A DNA stretch of 64,000 nucleotides, taken from the IMG/VR virus record IMGVR_UViG_3300049629_000752, one strand, 5' to 3'. Shown here in pieces: positions 57,420 to 64,000 of this stretch. The stretch comes from an uncultured virus (IMG/VR IMGVR_UViG_3300049629_000752). Taxonomy: Duplodnaviria > Heunggongvirae > Uroviricota > Caudoviricetes. A program made the translations under genes and the position numbers. The stretch's first letter is position 1; every line of letters begins with the position of its first letter. The notes under the pieces are model-generated. The model searched no databases, was not told the DNA's origin, and saw nothing but the letters and a program-made list of their open reading frames with translations.

Positions 57420-58111
57420 TTGTTCAATTTTTTGGAATGGACGAAAAGACAAGAACTGATGTATCTATAGCCTATGCAGAAAGAACTAACTCGTGGCATG
57501 TATTGGATACAGATTTGCCAATGGCGGAATTACAGGCTCAGTATGCTCGATGGTTGAGGACCATATCAATTTTCTTTACAAAGGATTATAACTCATCTAT
57601 AGTGGTTAGTGGATATTTTCCAACAAAAGAGGCACGTGATCAATTCAGAGATATTAGTGGATATATGCATTTATCTGATACCGCAAAGTTTCCAGACATT
57701 TCAGTTTGGATAGATACTACAGATAAAAAAGAATTTACAGATAAATTTGGTAAAGTTATTTCATGGGAAGAGCCAGAAGAAAATGAGTACGACCTTAGAA
57801 TAACTAATACTGGCAATGAATATCTTGATGCACTACCAACTAGAGCATTTAGTGTTATTAAAAAATATGAGACATTTGACTGGAAGCCAGAGCAAACACT
57901 AATGGTTGGCAAGTTTCAGCCATGGACAGATTCGGATTTAGAAAAATATAACGAACTATCTAAAACTAGAAATGTTGTTATAGGAATAAGACACTGTATG
58001 GGAATGTCAGATGAGGATAAACTATCTATTGCTCAGGTCAAATCTATGATATTAAAGGATATTCCAAACGCAGATATAGTAGTACTTCCTAATATCGTGG
58101 AGGTGGTATAA
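57416..58111 (+). CDS. Degenerate P-loop kinase (APS kinase-like) + HxGH nucleotidyltransferase-like fusion
   Basis: Layout IVQFFG-[P-loop position]...IVVSGYFPT..AR..F; LMVGKFQPW..., VVIGIR, LPNI; catalytic motifs missing. Confidence 0.55.
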   Translation: MIVQFFGMDEKTRTDVSIAYAERTNSWHVLDTDLPMAELQAQYARWLRTISIFFTKDYNSSIVVSGYFPTKEARDQFRDISGYMHLSDTAKFPDISVWIDTTDKKEFTDKFGKVISWEEPEENEYDLRITNTGNEYLDALPTRAFSVIKKYETFDWKPEQTLMVGKFQPWTDSDLEKYNELSKTRNVVIGIRHCMGMSDEDKLSIAQVKSMILKDIPNADIVVLPNIVEVV

Positions 58112-58112
58112 G

Positions 58113-58529
58113 TTGTATATTTATAGAGTAAAAAAACTTATCGCTGTTGTTGATGGCGATACTATTGACGTCGACATAGATCTTGGGTTTAATGTATCAT
58201 ATTCACAAAGAGTAAGGCTTGCGGGTATAGATACTCCAGAGTCAAGAACTAAGGATAAGTTTGAGAAAAGCCTTGGCCTTGAATCAAAAGAATTTTTAAA
58301 AAATAAACTAAAAGATGCAGAGGGCATTGTAATTAAAACAGAAAAACCAGACTCGTCAGAAAAATATGGAAGAATATTGGGCTGGCTTTATGTAGATGGA
58401 GACACTGTATCTGTTAATGATCACATGATAGAGCAGGGATATGCATGGCCTTACATGGGTGAGACAAAGGTTAAAGACTTTGCTGCACTAGCACAACAAA
58501 AAGAAAAGGCAAAGAATGCAAGTAAATGA
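58113..58529 (+). CDS. Thermonuclease (SNase-like)
   Basis: VVDGDTID, RVRLAGIDTPE, KYGRILG, GYAW. Confidence 0.9.
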   Translation: MYIYRVKKLIAVVDGDTIDVDIDLGFNVSYSQRVRLAGIDTPESRTKDKFEKSLGLESKEFLKNKLKDAEGIVIKTEKPDSSEKYGRILGWLYVDGDTVSVNDHMIEQGYAWPYMGETKVKDFAALAQQKEKAKNASK

Positions 58530-58836
58530 TGATTTCGATAAATTAATATTGTCTGGTGCATTAGAGCCAGCAGGTATAGACCCAGACACTGGAGAAATGC
58601 TATATAACTTTACCAAAAAATTAGAAAAAATAAGCCCAGTTTTACACAGAGAAATACAAAATCTGTTCTCTACACATATAATGATTTTATGGGAAAAAGA
58701 AATAGTGGAGATGGATATTACTGAGGAAAATCCGTTAGTAAAACTTACAGAAAAAGCCTTTGATTATGATGCAACTAAAGATCTTGATGAGGAAGTTCTT
58801 TATACCCTCAAAGAGATAAAAAGAAGCCTATTGTAA
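58516..58836 (+). CDS. Hypothetical protein
   Basis: ORF track. Confidence 0.6.
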   Translation: MQVNDDFDKLILSGALEPAGIDPDTGEMLYNFTKKLEKISPVLHREIQNLFSTHIMILWEKEIVEMDITEENPLVKLTEKAFDYDATKDLDEEVLYTLKEIKRSLL

Positions 58837-58858
58837 CAAGTAGTATAATAGTCTTGTT

Positions 58859-59296
58859 ATGGAATATCTAGTAGGGTTTTTCTCAGCATTTTTAGTTATT
58901 TACTGTATTTTTAAATTACAGAGTAAAAATAATATATTAAAAGAACCAACCATAGAACCTATAAGATATAGCCAAAGCCACATCCATAACATAGTCTCCC
59001 CTCTGTTGCCAAAGTTTAAACATAATAAAAATAAAAAGAAAAGTCAAGCGCTTATGCACGAATCAAAGTACAGCATAAAGGTTATCATAATGGAAAACAG
59101 CGCCTATTGGATTAAAGATAATGTTTTTTATATGGCAGACATGAACAATGAAGGAATAGTTGATAAAGATACTACAAGAAGAGTTGACACAATGACTATG
59201 AGTAGGGTACAATTAGATAAAATGATGTTCATCATTGATAGATTACGAGAGGAGAATTATAATGATAGTAGTGGTTCAGGGAACCAACAACTTTAG
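58859..59296 (+). CDS. Hypothetical protein with N-terminal TM helix
   Basis: ORF track; hydrophobic first 20 aa. Confidence 0.6.
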   Translation: MEYLVGFFSAFLVIYCIFKLQSKNNILKEPTIEPIRYSQSHIHNIVSPLLPKFKHNKNKKKSQALMHESKYSIKVIIMENSAYWIKDNVFYMADMNNEGIVDKDTTRRVDTMTMSRVQLDKMMFIIDRLREENYNDSSGSGNQQL

Positions 59297-59612
59297 TGAT
59301 TATCAAGTTTTTCTACGTGCTATCGGTGTTGCACTATCTAGTCTTTCGCAAGACGATAAGCAGTTAGAAATATACAGTGTGGGTCCAGCAAAGACAAACA
59401 CTATGGCCATGGAGTTTGTAAATGTTTCAGAGCGGAGCATGAAATCACGTGGCATTAAACTAAAACTAAGATACGTACCACCTTCATGGGTTATTGAAAA
59501 TATAAACTCAATAAATTACTTTGCCTATTTGTCAACTCCTAGTGAGCCTAAAGGCAACTTAGTTAAAGAGGCAGAAAACAATAACATTGAAGTGGGAATT
59601 TTTAAATACTAA
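59262..59612 (+). CDS. YspA/SLOG-like protein (divergent)
   Basis: MIVVVQGTNNFSDY start; SD GAGGAG before ATG 59262. Confidence 0.5.
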   Translation: MIVVVQGTNNFSDYQVFLRAIGVALSSLSQDDKQLEIYSVGPAKTNTMAMEFVNVSERSMKSRGIKLKLRYVPPSWVIENINSINYFAYLSTPSEPKGNLVKEAENNNIEVGIFKY

Positions 59613-59620
59613 GGAAAAAT

Positions 59621-59845
59621 ATGTACATTAAGTCATTAGAAAAAATGGAATCAATTGTTGCTTCAAACAAGAGTTTGTCTTGGTCTGGATGGGATGTTGT
59701 AAACTCATATCCATCCGATAAAGCCAGAACATCTAAATACGGAAAGTATTTAAATGGAAAGTGGCACATGACAAAAACATTTAAGCCAGGTCCGAATGGC
59801 TGGGATATACCAGACAGGATGATCAGTAATGAACAAAGACCTTGA
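59621..59845 (+). CDS. Hypothetical protein
   Basis: ORF track; SD AAGGA. Confidence 0.6.
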   Translation: MYIKSLEKMESIVASNKSLSWSGWDVVNSYPSDKARTSKYGKYLNGKWHMTKTFKPGPNGWDIPDRMISNEQRP

Positions 59846-60422
59846 GAATAAACTTAAAGATTGTGATACTTTCTTTTATTGTCCAGGAACTCTTTCTGAG
59901 GTAAGTGAAGAAGAATTAAACCAAAATATATTTTCTAATGTAAGGTCTAAAATTGTTGAATTAGGATTTTATGCAGAAGATTTGCCTCAGCAAGATCCGT
60001 ATCGTGCAGTGGGTATGGTAATAGAAGAGGATAATACCTATGTTCATTTCTTCAAGGACAACCTCAAAACACATTTACTTAGAAGAACAAAATCAAATAA
60101 AGGAGATATGTTTGTTTTTGTTGACTCTTTAAGTTGGTGGGTAGAGTCTGGAAGTGTTAAAAATTATTATTATAAAATCATAGACAAGCCTATTTTTGGC
60201 GAAGGCAATAAAAAATATAGGGCAGAAATAGTTTTTTCTGACAAGTATTTTATTGATGTATTTGCTGATAACGAAGATCATGCTATTGAAAATGCCTACA
60301 AGGTTGAAATGAATTCTTGGACTCATGACTGGCCTAAAGATGAAGAGTTGACAAATTTTCAAAGTGTAAGACAAAGTTTATGGGGTAAGAAAATGATATC
60401 TGTTAGGGAACACAATGCATAA
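59829..60422 (+). CDS. Hypothetical protein
   Basis: ORF track. Confidence 0.55.
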   Translation: MNKDLENKLKDCDTFFYCPGTLSEVSEEELNQNIFSNVRSKIVELGFYAEDLPQQDPYRAVGMVIEEDNTYVHFFKDNLKTHLLRRTKSNKGDMFVFVDSLSWWVESGSVKNYYYKIIDKPIFGEGNKKYRAEIVFSDKYFIDVFADNEDHAIENAYKVEMNSWTHDWPKDEELTNFQSVRQSLWGKKMISVREHNA

Positions 60423-60699
60423 ATTAAAGTGGAAAGATAATGGGTCATGTTTAGATTATGATACTAATTTATTTTTTGATAAATACGAAGAATCAGAAAA
60501 CTTTAGAAGCGCAATAGATGAATTGTGCACCAGATGCCCAGTAATGAAAACTTGCTTTTCTGTGGGCGTCTCTCAAAAAGAATGGGGAGTATGGGGCGGA
60601 GTTTATTTAGAGGGTGGAGAAATATCTAAAGAGTTTAATAATCATAAAGATGAAAAAGACTGGAGCAATCTTTGGGTTAGTTTGACCAACGAGAAATAA
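60415..60699 (+). CDS. whiB: WhiB-family transcriptional regulator
   Basis: W....SC....NLFF, CTRCPVMKTC, EWGVWGG (four Cys + G[VI]WGG). Confidence 0.9.
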   Translation: MHKLKWKDNGSCLDYDTNLFFDKYEESENFRSAIDELCTRCPVMKTCFSVGVSQKEWGVWGGVYLEGGEISKEFNNHKDEKDWSNLWVSLTNEK

Positions 60700-60700
60700 C

Positions 60701-61624
60701 ATGTTTGTATACGGAGACTTCATTGAGCCAAAGGTTTTAGAAGGTGTTAACCTACTATCTAGAACTAAAAAAGAAGATTTTGGCCCCACAATAACAAGGT
60801 TAGATGATCTTGACATTGAGGACTTAATCCAAGAAGATGATGTTCATATAGTTTTGTGGCACAAAAATTTCTTACATGCATTTTTTAATATGGTCTCTTA
60901 TATTTTATTTTTCTTTAATAAAAACAAAAATGCTTATTTTTTAATAATATTAGGAATAGATGTTCACGATGGAGATTTGCAAATTCCTCATTCTAAATTT
61001 ATACTTAATATGTTAACTAATAAAAAGGTTAGATACCGCCTAGTTAATATAAAAGATGAGACTGTAAAAGTAAAAGATGCAAAATATTTTCATACAGTTC
61101 CGTTTCAATCTTCTTTTGTTGATGATGTATACGATTATTGCAGCGGGTTTATTGATAGGTCTAAAAAACCAGATAAGATTATTTATTTGGCTAGATCAAA
61201 AGTAAAGCCCAAAGAAGAGGGATCTATTTTTCATGACAGAGATAGAGATACCTTAGTTGTAAAAAATGATTTAAGGGTTGAGGATGAAGACAAACTTATT
61301 GAATTTTTTATAGAAAATAATGTAGAAATAGTATACCCAGAAGATTTTAAAAATTTTGGAGAGCAGGTTAAGTTTTTAAATAATGTAAGGGTTATGATTT
61401 GTCCTTCTGGATCAGGAATGGCAAATATGATTTTTATGCAGCCAGGTGGGGTAGTAATAGAACTACAGACGCCAGTAGTAGTTTCTGCCAAGCAGCAGGT
61501 ACATCCATTTTATGCTGCCTTTTGTTGGGCTAAAAAACATATATATATTACTATACCACATGAAAGAAAATCTGATACAATAATAGAATACTTTAAAAAC
61601 AAAGGATTTTTAAATTATTTATGA
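60701..61624 (+). CDS. Glycosyltransferase family 61 (DUF563)-like protein
   Basis: NFLHAF, IYLAR, R..DE..L, EQVKFL, SGSGMANMIFM..GGVVIEL. Confidence 0.8.
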   Translation: MFVYGDFIEPKVLEGVNLLSRTKKEDFGPTITRLDDLDIEDLIQEDDVHIVLWHKNFLHAFFNMVSYILFFFNKNKNAYFLIILGIDVHDGDLQIPHSKFILNMLTNKKVRYRLVNIKDETVKVKDAKYFHTVPFQSSFVDDVYDYCSGFIDRSKKPDKIIYLARSKVKPKEEGSIFHDRDRDTLVVKNDLRVEDEDKLIEFFIENNVEIVYPEDFKNFGEQVKFLNNVRVMICPSGSGMANMIFMQPGGVVIELQTPVVVSAKQQVHPFYAAFCWAKKHIYITIPHERKSDTIIEYFKNKGFLNYL

Positions 61625-62586
61625 TAAGACAGCATCCAGTAGAGCCAGTGCACTATAAGGGTATTTGTATAATTGAAGATGACTTTAATGCAGGTAAGCC
61701 AATAATAACAGAAATATTAAAAGAAAATTGGCATAATGAAGAGTTTCGTAGGGAACTAACACAGTATGCTGATACCTTCCTAGAAGAAACTAAATTAAGA
61801 AAAATAGTAGTTAGATTTGAAACAAATTTTTTTCATAGTTTACTAAATACTCTAGCGCCAATATTATGGGAATATAAAAAAGACCCTAATATAGAGGTAA
61901 TACTATTGCATCCAAGTAAAGAAATTTCTGCATTTCAATCAACTGGAACTTTTATTGTTCAAGTATTAAGAAATTATAATATTAAATTTTCCGTAACACA
62001 GATACATGCAAAGTATCCTCCTATATTATCAAATTTTTATTATTATGAAAAACTAGAAATGTGTGGAGATCATATTAATATACTAGACGATCTTATGAGT
62101 TCGTATAGAGATATATCTTTGCCTAATAATAAAAAGGTTTATGTTACAAGGGGCGGAAAGCAAAACTTAACAGTCACACAAATAAACCAAATGACACAAG
62201 AAGAGATAGATAAACTGCCATATAAAGATGACCTAAGAATAGATGATGAGATTAAACTAGAAAATTTATTTAAAAAACATGGTTTTGAAATAGTTGATAC
62301 TAGTATATTTAAAACTATTGAAGATCAAATAAGATTTTTTGATCAGGTAGGAGTTATTGCTGGATTATCTGGATCTGGGTTGACTAATTTATTATTTATG
62401 AGGGATAAAACAACAGTAATAGAATTAAGCACCATACAAATAGTTAGACAAAAAATAGAATTTCACTATCATTTTTTCTTGTTAGCAACCTTATGGGCTA
62501 ATAAAAAATATATATCAGTTCCTAACATTTCTAGAGAATATGGTAAAATAGAATACGAACTAGAAAAGATGCTAAATACACTATGA
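61621..62586 (+). CDS. Glycosyltransferase family 61 (DUF563)-like protein, paralog
   Basis: NFFHSL, VYVTR, RIDDE..L, DQIRFF, SGSGLTNLLFM...TTVIEL. Confidence 0.8.
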   Translation: MIRQHPVEPVHYKGICIIEDDFNAGKPIITEILKENWHNEEFRRELTQYADTFLEETKLRKIVVRFETNFFHSLLNTLAPILWEYKKDPNIEVILLHPSKEISAFQSTGTFIVQVLRNYNIKFSVTQIHAKYPPILSNFYYYEKLEMCGDHINILDDLMSSYRDISLPNNKKVYVTRGGKQNLTVTQINQMTQEEIDKLPYKDDLRIDDEIKLENLFKKHGFEIVDTSIFKTIEDQIRFFDQVGVIAGLSGSGLTNLLFMRDKTTVIELSTIQIVRQKIEFHYHFFLLATLWANKKYISVPNISREYGKIEYELEKMLNTL

Positions 62587-63311
62587 CAAATATATTAATT
62601 CCTATGGCGGGTCTGGGTAGCAGATTTCCTATAGAAACTTATAAAACAACAAAGCCACTTATTAAAATAAATGGCAAAACAATGATAGAGCATGCAATAG
62701 AGTCTTTATCTATAATAGGTAATTATCATTTTGTTATAAGAGATAGTATATTTTTTGATGAATTATATTCTGTATTAAAAAGTATAGATAGTTCATGTAA
62801 TATTATAAAAATAAATGAATTAACAAATGGCCCAGCAGAAACATGTCTTATTGCCAAAGATTATATAAACAATGATGATGAGTTAATTATTGCTAACTCA
62901 GATCAAATAATGTGGTGGGATTCTGATTTATTTTTACAGGTTGCCCGTAACTCTAAATATGATGGAATGATTGTTACTTACACATCAAGTACGGATAAAA
63001 ACAGTTATGCTAAAATTAATAAACAAGGATTAGTAACACAGATAAAAGAAAAAGAAGTTATAAGCGACATATCATTAAATGGTATCCATTATTGGAAACA
63101 TGGAAAAGATTTTGTTGACAGTGCAACAAGAATGATCTATAATAATGAAAGGTATAACAATGAGTTTTATGTTGGTCCAACCTATAACTCAATGATTATG
63201 GATGGCAAAAAAATTGGAATATATCACATACCTTCTTATCAGCATAACGCTGTTGGGGTGCCTTCAGACTTAGAACTATATATGGAGAAATTATGGAAAT
63301 CAGAAGAATAG
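62583..63311 (+). CDS. Sugar-phosphate nucleotidyltransferase
   Basis: ILIPMAGLGSRF, KPLI.INGKTMI, TNGPAET, IIANSDQ, IKEKEVIS, NNEFYVGP. Confidence 0.88.
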   Translation: MTNILIPMAGLGSRFPIETYKTTKPLIKINGKTMIEHAIESLSIIGNYHFVIRDSIFFDELYSVLKSIDSSCNIIKINELTNGPAETCLIAKDYINNDDELIIANSDQIMWWDSDLFLQVARNSKYDGMIVTYTSSTDKNSYAKINKQGLVTQIKEKEVISDISLNGIHYWKHGKDFVDSATRMIYNNERYNNEFYVGPTYNSMIMDGKKIGIYHIPSYQHNAVGVPSDLELYMEKLWKSEE

Positions 63312-63616
63312 AAGACTTTACTAGGGGGTGGATAATTGGAAACTTTGATCCATCTTTACTAAAGACAGATAAGTTTGAAGTTGGTTTGCTTCGGCATAAG
63401 GCTGGAGAGGTTTGGCCAAAACATTATCACAAGGTTGGCACTGAGTATAATGTTTTAGTAAATGGCAAAATGATAATACAGGATAAAGAACTTAACTCTG
63501 GAGATGTATTTGTTTTTACACCAGGGGAGATTGCTGATCCTATATTTTTAGAAGACTGTACTGTTTTAGTTGTTAAGGTTCCATCACTACCAGGAGATAA
63601 ATATGAAGTTTTATAG
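63293..63616 (+). CDS. Cupin-fold protein
   Basis: RGWIIGNF.P, HYHKVGTEYN, GDVFVF.PGE, VVKVPS..GDKY. Confidence 0.8.
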   Translation: MEIRRIEDFTRGWIIGNFDPSLLKTDKFEVGLLRHKAGEVWPKHYHKVGTEYNVLVNGKMIIQDKELNSGDVFVFTPGEIADPIFLEDCTVLVVKVPSLPGDKYEVL

Positions 63617-64000
63617 AGAGTTAGATGACCTAGAAAAGGATAGATGTGTTGTTGTAACCTATTACATTGAGGTAAACTCTGTTCATGGAAGACTTAATGA
63701 CGCAGCATGGGATTTAGCAATAGGACAAAGTGTTGGCAATCCAAAGCAAAGAAACAACTGGGAAACAGACGACATATTTGAAATGTCTTCCTGTGTTATA
63801 TATGATGAAGAAGAAAATTTAAAATCAAAATTAAACGGATTTGTAAAAATCGGATTTCCAAAAATAAATTCAGATTGGGATAATGACGGTATATCTCATT
63901 TATTGTGTCAAATAATGGGCGGTCAATTAGATATTAATATATTTAAAGTATGTCGTGTTGTTGATATAGAGTTTCCTGAGTCTGTAAAAAGAAGTTTCTT
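63603..64000 (+). CDS. RuBisCO large-subunit-like protein (probably form IV RLP), 3'-truncated by window edge; not in ORF track
   Basis: Manual translation: MKFYRELDDLEKDRCVVVTYYIE...AAWDLAIGQSVGNP...VKIGFPKIN...SHLLCQIMGG...CRVVDIEFPESVKRSF, matching the RuBisCO N-terminal domain pattern; no stop before 64000. Confidence 0.75.
   Translation, partial: MKFYRELDDLEKDRCVVVTYYIEVNSVHGRLNDAAWDLAIGQSVGNPKQRNNWETDDIFEMSSCVIYDEEENLKSKLNGFVKIGFPKINSDWDNDGISHLLCQIMGGQLDINIFKVCRVVDIEFPESVKRSF

Noticed and set aside
1..64000. tRNA/rRNA genes, integrase, reverse transcriptase or diversity-generating retroelement
   Set aside because: Intergenic gaps are short and none showed a cloverleaf or these protein motifs by eye; a tRNAscan/Infernal run would be needed to exclude them formally

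Overview
The window is a 64-kb piece of an AT-rich, long-tailed (siphovirus-like) dsDNA phage genome, with every credible gene on the + strand. WhiB, an FmdB-type zinc ribbon, a DRCDRC..FCGHH protein and DnaE-type replication point to an actinobacterial host; the low GC and acI-style secreted proteins suggest freshwater Actinomycetota (inference). Gene order: head (5'-truncated portal, protease with nested scaffold, capsid); neck and tail (2644-aa tape measure, tail tip); replication/recombination (DnaB, primase, SSB, DnaE, RecA-like, resolvases, Cas4-like nuclease) interrupted by AhpD/halogenase and triple 2OG-Fe(II) oxygenase cassettes; terminase; surface proteins and lysis; proteasome-beta-like and metalloprotease genes; and a long modification region (oxygenases, glycosyltransferases, carbamoyltransferase, RsmI-like methylase, nucleotidyltransferase, cupin). 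The best leads are: (1) a RuBisCO-like ORF missed by the ORF track, running off the right edge and coupled to glycan-modification genes; (2) a tail-chaperone G/GT pair apparently made by gene duplication instead of a programmed frameshift; (3) four DnaA boxes at 11-bp spacing between portal and protease; (4) many -10 elements, several positioned for leaderless mRNAs. All product calls come from reading motifs by eye; no searches were run.
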